Origin: Antedon mediterranea
Lineage: Eukaryota; Animalia; Echinodermata
NCBI RefSeq assembly: GCF_964355755.1
Contig: NC_092673.1
Span: 1,612,001-1,676,000 of the forward strand
DNA: 64,000 nt
Direction of reading: 5' to 3'
Shown here: positions 51,742 to 63,524 of the stretch, in pieces
How positions within the stretch are numbered: the stretch's first letter is position 1
Layout of the letters: every line of letters starts with the position of its first letter
Notes under the pieces: model-generated
Database searches by the model: none
Seen by the model: only the letters and a program-made list of their open reading frames with translations
Told to the model about the DNA's origin: nothing
Position numbers and translations under genes: made by a program

Positions 51742-54707
51742 ATGTCGACCTTGTTTGGTTTTGGTTACAATGGTTTCGCGCAAATCAGTGACAACAGTCC
51801 TAGTACAACTACTCAATCACCCAAGCACAGTTTTAGTAGGTTTATTTCTACCCCATCTGAAATTTTCAGGAAACAATTAGTTAATGGTACTTTCAAGATA
51901 GTAATAAAATGGTCTTCGATTCACTTGCTCAAAGGTTTGTTAAAAAGAAATACATAACATGTGTGGGTTAACTTGTAATAAGATTTCATAAATCTTTTGA
52001 TTTGCATAATAATTTGGATATGCACTAAAGCTCTGTCTACACTATCAAACTAGACAAAAAATGTGATGTGATTCCAAATATGGTAGTAATCTGCCCAAAT
52101 ATTATATGACATCATCATGTCCATATATAAGAGCACATCACATTTTTTTGTCACATAAAGTTTGATAGTGTAGACAGAGCTTTAAATGATTATTATAAGT
52201 AGATCTACAGTTAGTCAAAATCACAAATTATTGCAGACTATTGTCTGCAATATAAGCATTTATTGAGTTATCTTTGTTAGATGTTTATAAGTAAATATTG
52301 TTCCTTCTATTTCAGATCAGCAAGTTATTTGCGCTTCAAAATCATGTCCATGTTGTTTTTCAAAATCAGTTGAAGATTTTAAGAAACTGAAACTTGTTGA
52401 TGTCGATTTAAATGGTATTGCGGGTTATGTAATATCCTGTACAGAAGGACTAACTGTGATGAATGGATATGGCTGTCACGAAAAAGTAGATCCAGTCATT
52501 AAAGATTCAAGTTGCACATTTAAAACAGTTAGCGTAGGAGATACACATGTCGTAGCAACAAAAGGTTAGAAACTTCTCGGCTATGCAGCGCAGCAAGATA
52601 TATTCTGCACATCGAGGGTAATGTCCAACTGTTCATCCAGGGACCTCCATCTTGTTTGCAACTATACATGTTTTCATTATTTCATTCCATTTATTTCTTT
52701 TAGCTGATGATACTTCTGGTGAAATAATTTACACTGACTCTCACTACATCTACCGACCCCTCTCATTGGCCAGAGTCTGTCAGGTGACCTGTGGCAAAGA
52801 ACATGTCTTAATTCTGACAGAATCAGGAGATGTATATAGCTTTGGAATTGGAAGGTATGTGATGCTGTTTTGATTTATTTTCACGTTTGATTTAGGTGAT
52901 CAGTTTATTTTGCTGGGTCAACATGATCTTCAGATATTACTAGCCTACCAGGTTGCACCCTGATGTCTGGAGGTACTTAAACTATAGCCTTGTCTACACC
53001 AGTTTTAGTTTTATTTTTCTGGGTGAAACTTGACATGATCTTCAGATCACTAGCCTACCAGGTTGCGCCTGATGACTGGAGGTACTTGTCTAAACCATCA
53101 AACCTTACATGAAAATTGATGTTCCCATATATGGACATGATGATGTCATATCACTACCATATTTGGATATATCACTACCATATTTGGGTATATCACTACC
53201 ATATTTGGGCACATCACATTAGGTTATTACTGTATTTTAAATCTGAACCTGACCTGATTAAGTAAATGCTTAGTTTTATACTATTTAAACATTTTAAATT
53301 ATCAATTCATTTTCTTTACCTCTCAGTCGAGGACAGTTAGGTCATGGCATACCAAACTCGGAAAAAGAGCCCCGTGTAATTGAGGCTCTTCAAGGAATTA
53401 GAGTGTCTGCTATAAGTTGCGGTGGATGGCACTCTGCTGCCCTCAGTGGTGAGGATTTATTATTTCTTATTAACTTTAAAGTAATTGACAGACACAAGTT
53501 TGATTTTTTATGACCTCCATCGCTCACACATTGGATTGCATTGGAATGAACATCAAATCAGAGTACATTAGCTCAGTTTATTAATTGTTTTCAATAATTT
53601 TTTAAAGAAATTTAAACATTTTTGGAGTTTTTTTAGTGAGATATTAATATTTTTAAAAAGTTTGTGTAATGAAATTAAAGTAACTAGAGAAGCCTAGGAT
53701 TACATGATTTTATCATCAAAACCTATATTTCTGAGTGTCAACATTACTGTAGTAGCAATATTGCTGTTCTCATTTCTATTGCTAGCTATTGGTGATATAT
53801 ATATTTGGGGTTGGAATGAATCGGGACAATTAGGATTTCCAATGAAATCAAAACCAACGCTTAAAGCACAACATAAGAAATTTATTACCGCAGACAGCTA
53901 TTACCCAACTTATTGTGATAAAGAGACGCAAGAGAAGAGTTCCGAGAATATAGAAAATAAAGCTGAACAATCAGAGCATGAAATACTAAATTATAGAACA
54001 CAATCAAACAATAAACTTGAATCATCTTTGGAAAGTGAGAAGATAAATGAGGATGAAGCATCATGTTCCCGAGTCAAAGATTTAAGTAGCCATGGAGACG
54101 TTGCTCTTCAGTTTGCCATGATACCAAGTCTGTTAGATTTCCCTGATGACATCACTGTGTCAAAGGTCAGCTGTGGATCAAGACATTCAGCTGCCGTTCT
54201 TGGTAAGTTTAATTTGTCTACAAGGTTTTTCACAAATAGCTTGATTTTGCGAGGAACATCATTGCACAATGCATTATGGGGAGGGTTTGGGAGCAAATGT
54301 CATAACACATTTACAAACAACAAATCACATACCTACACATTTGCTCGCAAACCCTTCTCACCATGCATCACGCATGCTATTTTTGGAAAAACCTTATTGC
54401 CACATTCATTTATTACAATTTTAATTTTATTTGGTGGAATTTAAGTTGGTTTCAGACATCTATTTTTTCACTGTGTGTTTTCTTTTTTTTTGTAGAAAAT
54501 GGTGATCTATACACATGGGGCTGGGGGAAGTATGGCCAGCTTGGACACGATGATACAAACACTTTAGACCAACCAACACAAGTGAAAATGCTGCAAAACA
54601 AGCGAGTAACAGATGTTGTATGTGGCGCATGGAACACTGTCATTGTATGTGAAACCCCTACCGCGGCACACTGCCAAACAAGCCTGAAATCACTAGAAAA
54701 AACATAA
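51742..54707 (+). CDS. RCCD1: RCC1 domain-containing protein 1, 6 coding exons, ~447 aa
   Basis: Exons: 51742-51934, 52316-52564, 52704-52854, 53327-53448, 53786-54202, 54496-54707; phases consistent, 1344 nt. N-terminal FGFGYNGFAQ and RCC1 repeats CGKEHVLILTESGDVYSFG, SRGQLGHG, SCGGWHSAAL, GDIYIWGWNESGQLG, VSCGSRHSAAV, GDLYTWGWGKYGQLGH, VVCGAWNT fit RCCD1. Confidence 0.88.
52029..52181. mobile_element. MITE family A copy
   Basis: Both TIRs, in RCCD1 intron 1. Confidence 0.9.
53087..53220. mobile_element. MITE family A partial copy
   Basis: ATATCACTACCATATTTGG three times plus family body sequence. Confidence 0.8.
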
Positions 54708-57083
54708 CACAAAGGAATTATTAGCAGACCTCCCCAACTCTCCCGATAATGGCGGGAGTCTCACAATATTTTCAGTCATCTCCCGCTCTTCTGTCAAAAT
54801 CAAATTTCTCCCGATATTTTGGATAAACCAAACAATCCTCCCCATATGTATATATCTATAATTTCTACTACTCTAGGTATTGTAAGAAATAATAAGTTAA
54901 TTCCAATATTATTATTGTAATCTAAGTTTGAATAAAAAATCTGAGAATTGAGTTGGTGTATGTTCTTTAATTTTTAGCACACAAGATAAAAAAATAATTA
55001 TTATAGATTAGAATATATTATAATATATTTTCAAGCAATAAAATCATTCCATCAAATTGATGCACATTTTGGCCATTTATTTAAGGATAACAAATATACA
55101 ACACAAGGAGAACAAGCACATACTAGAAGAGCAGGTTTTAATTATATATTTTTATTTTATATATTCTCGTGGTTCACTCTGCTTCACTCCCCCCCCCCCC
55201 CCCAGGTTCTCATGACCATAGGTTCTTATAGCATACAACTATAGCTACCAGAAGAAATTTAAGGAAAACAACTGATGTTGAAAAAATAATGTAATCTTAA
55301 TATTTATTTTTTATTTGTTCAACAAATTAAAATATAATACTAAACAAATAATTACCTAACATATAAAGTTTAGAGATTTAGTATTATTAACCAATAAAAA
55401 AAAAATTTTGCAATAAAATTGTCCAAAACAGAACGTTATAATAAAAACTGTTATCTAGGTTACATAAATGGTCTACTTGACTTTTAATAAGGATTTTACG
55501 ATCATATTTTGTTTTACGAACCCTGATTTATATAATTGACTCAATTTTACGAAACCTAAAACCTAGCTGATAAAATATCAAGTCTCACATCAACTGAAGT
55601 CATTATATTGAACGTTACTAAAGATTGCTATTAGATGTTCATTATAATAATCTGGTTTAGTTTGGATACAAAATGGACAAAATAATTCTGCAACATTTTC
55701 AGCAATTCTATAACAACCAATACCACACTGTGTATAATATAGCCATTTGATGCAGTACTGTACAGTATAACAGACAAAAACAAATATTATATTTGGCACA
55801 AACATGTAAATATGATAATAACATGGGTCCCTCTATTATTCTAGTTCATATCTATATATTTAATGGATTGATAAATATTATAAATCTTGAAAAAAAAATC
55901 TGCACTAGATCAGCGTTCTGCAAAGTTTAGATTTCGTGGCCTAAAATCCGGTTAACCAGGACTAAGCCACGGTTCAACAACCCAACTAGACTAACTATAA
56001 ATCTGAGGTAAGAACATTTTAGGTCTCTGGAAATAGCATTGTAATTTTGTTTTTGAAGGTTAAAAATTGCGCCGATGATCCACCGAAACAAATTCAGCAC
56101 AGTTCCCCTTTATAACACAGATGACACTGAGTCGCATCACAATTCACAGGATTTTACATTTAAGTTTGGTCGGTTTACAATCATTTTCAGCAAGATCAAA
56201 CCATAACATACCACTTAACATCAAACACCATTCATCTCGACATTTTATTTTTTGATGATTTTTTCTCAAGCCACTCTGTGGTCCTTCAAAAATGTTGCGT
56301 CCCAAATTTGGTTCAAAATTCATTCAAGCCTATTGTATTTCAGGATGTTTAAATTTGCAAGTGATAGGATGGATGAAAACATTCATTATCCTATCATCGT
56401 AATTCTATAATTCATTTTTTTTCTTTTCTTTTTAAGCAGTTCAAAATCGATTGCACAAGGAATTTATTACATCATAAATGTTTCATTAAATACATCATAA
56501 TATTAGTAATGAAGAATATCATTGTTATTGTAGAAGCAAGGCATGAGAATACAATATTATACATTTGACTGACAGACACCACAAAAATTTATCGTACACT
56601 GCCCATAGCCTTTAAGTCCTCTTCATTAATTTAGCCAGGCCCCCTACTACTAATCATTTACAGCCTAGGCCTAGCTTTATGAGATAAACATACCTTTTGC
56701 TTTCAGTATTTGAAACAAATTGACTGGCTGATAGTGGAATTTAGGTCTGGTTATTTAATTTTCCATAAAAAATTATTTTCTTCAAATAATCAGTTACATG
56801 AAGTTGGCTAAGTCCAGTGATTGAACTGTCACACTTCAAGATTTTTATTGCTGAAAAATATCTGTGTTCTGATTGGTTGAATCTTTATTCAACAGACATG
56901 CTTATATATTTCTAAAAAAAAGTTGAGCTGTACTCTTTTCAACAACTTTACATATAATGTGTGGTCAGTGTGAAGTGGACATACACTGGACATCACAGTT
57001 TTGATGTGTCTGTCAGACAAGTGTATACCTGCCATTGGCTTACATGTTTTAAATCAAATGTCGAATCAATGTTCATTAGTTAA

Positions 57084-60000
57084 TTAGCTGCAACACCCTC
57101 TAGATCTTGTTTTATCTTCTTGTAAATCAAGGCTTTTTGGTGAAACATCTGAAAAAGTATTACATATAATAATTTTCATTTATAGAGATTATATTTTAAA
57201 TAATTTTCCATATAAAGCTGACCTGTATTCTTCATAATTCAGTGAATAAATAAAACATATTGGTATTATTAAAAGCATTAAATTGTATTTTTTTTTAAAG
57301 CACTCTGGGAACATCAATTACAATATATATATCTTAGAAATAAATTATCAACATCTTTTAAAAATAAAACATTTTTTTTTAATGTTTTGATAATGCATGC
57401 ATTAGAATCTGACACTTTGTAATAAAACATTGCATTCTGGGAACCCCAAGGGGCAGTCACACATCCCAGGAGTCAACAGTCAATCCCATAAGTCTTCAAA
57501 TTACTAAATGGAAAGCTTGTTATTGTAAATGAATCCATTTTTGATTTACTGCACTGCCTACTCTATAACACTTTGAACAGATTTGATTTTTTTTTTCTTT
57601 CATGTTGACGTGGCGTTACAAGTTCTGCATTGAATACAAATAGTTATCTTCTTGGTTGTAATTTAAATGCTAGAAAATTAGTAAATAACTTCTACGGAAA
57701 AATAACTGTTTATGTAATGTGCTAGTAAATTACTTTTACTAAATTACTAAAATTAATTTTCTCGGCATCAGAAATAACACAATGTCTTAAAATAACCAAT
57801 TGGATGGAATTTTAAAATAATGGTTAAAAAACTATTTATCAATTGCTGTTTGAATTTATTGTGAGCTTTGAGAATAGATATATTATAGTGATGGTTTTTG
57901 ATATAATGCAGTTTGCAGTATTTGGACAATGCAAGTTCAAAATTACTGAGGGACTGTATAGAACACATAGTGACACAAAGTGAAGTAAAGTCCCCTGAAC
58001 ATGGGTTGGCCCTTGGTGTCATAAATTATATTGCCTTTGTCCATTTTCCGGTAAAGTATTTCCATAATAGAGATTGGCTTGAATAGGATTGCCCCAAATG
58101 AGGGTACAGTATTACTATACATGTCTTACCTTCTTCATTATTCCTTGGGTCTTCAACATAATCTTTTGCTATTGAGGTAAACAATTCTTCTGCAATATCA
58201 AAATATATAAAAGAAATATAAAAGAAATACTCTGTGTTTCAACTCTTGCCTGTGTGTCCACAAAAATAAAAGTAAAATAATTATGTATTTTGAATCATCC
58301 AGGGTCAAGTAAAAATTTTACATGGAAAAAGAAAAATATGAAAATGAAACTTACTAATATTGTGTCCTGTTTTACTTGAGGTTTCAAACACCTTTGCTTT
58401 TATAGCTATTATTGTAGGATAAAATGAATATATTAAACAAAAATAAAATTTTAAATCTGCAAAATGGACTACTGTATTTAAAGTGTGATTTTATTAATCT
58501 TAATTTTTCATGTTTTTGTGGGACAATACATCTCTATAAGAACAACAAAATTGACTTACAATCGCCATAGTCTGTGGTCTCATGATAATCCACCTTTCTG
58601 TTTTTTTTATTCTCTTCAGTGTCAACTAAATCCACTTTGGTGCCGCATAGATATATTCTACAATTCTGAAATGTTCACAACAAAAAGTAAATGAAACTGA
58701 GTTTATTTTTCAAGGATTCATTATAATTTAATTTTACCAAATATAAATTAAATTTCCTTTTGTAAAATCCATTTATAAAATATAATTTGAAATAAAAGAA
58801 TTGTTTTTTAGAAACAATCTTCTCAAAATAGATCGTCATAGTGAAAATATTTATAATACTATTAAATACTCAATCACATTCTTATTACTACTAATAAAAG
58901 AAAATAAATGAATGAGCAGTTAATACTATTACTAATATAATTATTATTTTAAAACTTACAACTTTCAATTTCAATTAATTTAAATTTATGTGATTTTTAA
59001 ATTCATACCTCTTCATTCTTCAGAAGTTCATCAACCCAAAATTTCACCCTTTCAAAACTGGCGTTCTCGGTCAAATCTGAAAATTTAAGAATTATAGATG
59101 TCACATCAGATGTCGCAATATAAAAACACATTAATCTTTCAATACCAATAATTGTTTAGTTTGCACGTCGTATATCAATAAAAAATTGACGAGTAACTGA
59201 CATAAATGTACAGCAGAGATTGATATGTATGTAATAATGTAAATACCACATTAACCATTAATGTAATTAAAATAGTGATTTATATAATGTTTTAATTCAT
59301 AGCTTTTGTTGTAATTCAATGTATTCAAATAATCACATTTAAAACATTATTTATGTTATGTATTTAACTTTACTTTAGCACATTCATTTCCTTATATTTG
59401 ATTCTTTACAGTGAAAAGAAAAATCTGTAAATTTTAGCGAGACTTGTACCGACCAACGTGGAGATAAAAGCAAATTGGCACAGAACAGACGCAGTATACA
59501 AATCTGTATACCTTACATCCATGTACTATCAAACTAGTTTGACAAAAAAAGTGTGATGTTTTTTGTCACATATTTTAATAGTGTAGACAGAGCTTTACTT
59601 ATTTATTCCATTGTTTTTTTTTATTTAGTAGAACTGATTCTACATTTTTAAACTAAAAGTAAAACAATCACAGTGTTGCTTTCATTAAATCAAACACCAT
59701 AAGCAAATTATTGAAACTGTTCTTTTATTTCCATATTTGACACTTAGGTCCTTGTAAAATGTAAATTGATTCACAAATAATGAATAATTTATATTGATAT
59801 AGGTTGGTCACTTTCGGGGTCACTTTAGGGGTCATCACCTGTTATGCTGTAGGTCAGTGATTATTATTTGTTATTTTAAATTGTTGGATAAGTGCCTAAT
59901 AGGTGATAAAAAAAAGTTTACTAAAAAGTATACAGTAAATACGGGAGTAAATATATGCATAGAAAGAAAAGTGAAAGGCTTAGATGACATAATGATATAC

Positions 60001-62117
60001 CCTACAGTGCAATTTTGAAAACTCAGAGTAGAACACCTACTTTGGGACACTCATGCATGGGGACATTCTTATCATAGGAACACAATCCTGTGAAATGAGG
60101 TGCAATAAGGCCTAGCCCTACTCAGGGGACATTAAGGGGGTCATGAAGGAGTTCTACTATACTCATTAACTTCACTAATATATCCTTCTTTTCTATCAGT
60201 TGTGTTTTTTTTAAAATTATAAATTAAAAGTAAAACATAATTTTAATCCATTTTGGACAAATTATTATGGAAGTATGTTTCTAAACATGTATGATCTAAA
60301 AACAATTATTATTATTATTTGATTGATTTATTATAAAATAACTGGAAGGAAATTCAGTAGAGACACTGGCTAGTTCATAAATATTTAATTAAACTAATTG
60401 TATTGTATTTTGTGAAGGTAGTCAAGCTGGTGAAATACTACAGTACCTTACAGAATACACTGTATCTATTGCACTGATATGACATATCAAAAAGCCTTAC
60501 ATAAATACAATAGTAACAGTCAAGCACTATCTTATTTATATAGCCGACATTTCATGGTAAGATTACAAAAGCCTTTGACTTGCCATTTTATTTATAGCTA
60601 TTATTTTATAATGGTCATGACTAAATCCATATTGGTTTTTCCTTAAAATGATCACACTACCAGAACACTGAGTAGATACCACATTTACAATGTACAGTAC
60701 TACACACTATGTTTATTAAACCTCACACTGCAGCACTCAAGCAGATCTTTGTGTATACTCAAATAAGCCTAACTACACTCAAACAGTACACTCAAATAGA
60801 TCTCACAGTACATTCAATTAAATCACACTCAAATACTTTAGATCTTACAGTACAGTGCACTCAAATATATCTCACATTACACTATCTCACAGTACACTCA
60901 AGTAGATCTCTCACTACACTCAAGTAGATCTCTCACTACACTCAAGTAGATCTCACACTACAGTACTCAAATATACATTACTACACTCAAGACCTCAAGA
61001 GTAAACTCAAGTTGATGTCACTACATTCAACAGACCTCAGGGTATACTCAATTAGACCTCATACTACTACACTCAAATAGATCTCTCAGTATACCTCATA
61101 CTACACTAAAAAACTCAATTACCTTAGGGTACACTCAATCAGATCTATACTGAGTAAACCTCATAAAACAGTCTTACCATAACATAAAATGGCTGCTTTA
61201 GCACCTCTGTAGTAGATTCTGCTCATTGCCTCATACCGTTCAGATCCAGCTGTATCCTGTTAATAAACAAATTCAACATGATTCATTCTGAATATTGATA
61301 GAATAAGTTTTAACTATTAAATTTTTAAAATAACACTTTTATTTATTTATACAAAACGTTGGTGCTTTCAGAATTTAAACAGGAAATAAATATTATTCTG
61401 TTCTGAATGCCAATTTTCTTGCCTTTGACACGATAAGGGTTTAAAAATTCTACACAAGTTTTTATGGGCTGTTAATACCACCAAGCAGCAATTCTAAAAA
61501 TGTTATCATTGTTACTATATGTGACAAAAAATGTGATGTGTCCAAATATGGACATATTTGGGCATATCACTACCATGTTTGGGCACATCACACACATTTT
61601 TTTGTCAAACTAGTTACTTACCCAGATTCCCATGGTAACTGTACGATCTCCAATATCCACTTTTTTAGCTCCAAATGCAGCCCCAATTGTCTATAGGTAA
61701 ACAGAAAGGTTAATTTATAATTACTAATGAAAACAATACAATTGTCGCTGTTTTTCAACACATTAATAATGAACAAGCATTTATTATTTTTTATTTGATC
61801 TTACATTGTTTAATGAGGTTTTCTATAGAGCATGTGTGAGATATTGATTTGGATAATTTTAAAAAGTAGTACTAGTTCAAAACAACCAATGAAATGCTTC
61901 CACCAGGTCTTTGTTTACATGTTATATCATGGAGTAAATTACTCCATGGTTATATCCATTACCCCGCATTGCCGATTGTATCTAAATTCTAACTTACATT
62001 TTGATAAGGTACATCACCATGGAAACGATCATGCAAGTATCTCTCTACTAAACTAGTTTTTCCTCCATACTCTTTGCCTAAAAGAACAACCTTGAGGTCT
62101 ACTCGACTTCCACTCAT
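57084..62117 (-). CDS. RAB24: Ras-related protein Rab-24, 8 coding exons, ~205 aa
   Basis: Exons (minus): 61998-62117, 61622-61690, 61178-61256, 59009-59076, 58560-58665, 58355-58405, 58130-58189, 57084-57148; 618 nt. [64 protein letters not shown] (Rab24-type S in place of the catalytic Q), [16 protein letters not shown]-terminal GCCS. None of these exons appear in the ORF track. Confidence 0.96.
59525..59594. mobile_element. MITE family A internally deleted copy
   Basis: ACTATCAAACTAGTTTGACAAAAAAAGTGTGATG...TAGTGTAGACAGAGCT. Confidence 0.8.
60725..61160. repeat. Degenerate minisatellite (ACACTCAAGTAGATCTCACTAC-like) in RAB24 intron 3
   Basis: Repeated CACTCAA..AGATCTC..TACA motifs of about 22-24 bp. 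Confidence 0.75.
61515..61614. mobile_element. MITE family A copy lacking TIRs
   Basis: Family body ending GTCAAACTAGTT about 7 nt from the RAB24 exon 2 donor. Confidence 0.8.
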
Positions 62118-62539
62118 ACTTTTTCTTTGTAAACTTCAGAATATAAATTTGTTTGTATAATATTAATACTGTGTACTTTGGCAAACTTCTAGGTAAACCA
62201 GTCAGGAATTCATATTTCTGAAATAATAAAAATTATTAAGTTATTTAGCACAATTAGGCTAGGGCTACAGAAGTCATACTGTTTAAAAAGAATCCCAAAT
62301 GTGAGAACATTTGTAACGGACTAGGCTAAATCAGGATTAAATAGAAATAGTACGGGATTCAGTAGCCTAAAAACTAGGAGGCTAGCCCTAGTGTTAATTA
62401 TATATTACTATTTTAGATAGATTTAGGCTAAAGTATTGGTACTACTTGCTCGTACCGTGTATGTAGGGGGCCGGGAAAGGAATAGTGTTTGGGATAAACC
62501 AGAGAGAGGGCGCGGTTCAAAACAAGGAGATGGTGTCTT

Positions 62540-63200
62540 ACCAGGGAGGGAGGAGTACACACTAAAATACAGTAAGTGAAGTAGGCCTAGCTAGGCCTAG
62601 GCCTAGCCTATTTAGCTAGCCTAGTCTCTAGACCTAGGCCTAGTTAATATACTTACGGCCTAATTCGATCTACTATTACGTTGTGTAGTTTAAGATACGA
62701 TGACCAGACAGCATGTGACAATCGATGATTATTGTAGCCTACGTTTATTTATGACTCAAAAATGACAGTCCTTGTTTTTTTTTTGCAGCCTAGCCAGAGG
62801 AAAAAGGTGAAAGGTTATGATTATGACACACTCATCATGACGTCGATGATGACGTAATCGACGATGATTCGACGTGCGAGCGGCAACATTTAGATGGTCG
62901 ATGGCGTGGGAAAATCCCAGTTTTTACCTTGATATTGTTCCTAAATGGTGGTACGTAGCCTAGGCTAGACCTGTAATGTAAGTAATAAAAGCCTAGGATT
63001 CTATTTTTGCTGTAAATAATTAGATTGTTTTGAGTAGTATTACAGTATAATATTAAGTCTAGTGTAGGCTAGGCATATCCTATCATTCTGATTGAGATTC
63101 GAGAACGTTGACCAAACGTTGTCGGACTCTCTGGGTTGAGTGGAATTTATAGTCTGTAGATAGGCAGAACGGCCTAGGCCTAGCTCTAGCTACTGAAGCA
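62540..63200. promoter_or_regulatory. Bidirectional promoter / 5'UTR exon region RAB24/BRF2
   Basis: CpG-rich patch with CRE-like TGACGTC and TGACGTAA (~62838-62857). Minus-strand donor candidates have exon ends at 62542 and 62657, with a RAB24 5'UTR acceptor at 62218-62219. CTAGG clusters are present. Confidence 0.55.
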
Positions 63201-63524
63201 GTAGGTAAAACATGAAATGCCATCTTTGGTGTGTTGATTAAGAAACAATTTGTATATCAAATTATCTGTGGCCTACGTCTCTCCTTTAAATCAAGGCTTT
63301 ATATATAAATTAAATATATATATTTTTTATTCCTATTGGAGTATTTAAATAATTATAAAAATAAAATATTACTCATTTATTATCAATTCAAAACTTTATT
63401 CAATATTAATAAGTATATTTGTCTACAAATGTTATTTACTAGTAAGGTTTTGATATAATGATTTATGCGGTATACAATGATTTATGCGGTATAAAATGAT
63501 TTTTATCTATAGATAAAAAGAAAA

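Noticed and set aside
52565-52625. Possible extra RCCD1 mini-exon (TGCAG|...AGG|GTAATG)
   Set aside because: It would need a ~24-nt intron and would break the frame. Direct splicing from 52564 to 52704 keeps the phase.
60025-60162. Degenerate pogo/Tc1-like MITE remnant (AGTAGAAC..GTTCTACT); similar scraps at ~28078 and ~54724
   Set aside because: Too diverged or one-ended to define boundaries or a TSD by eye.
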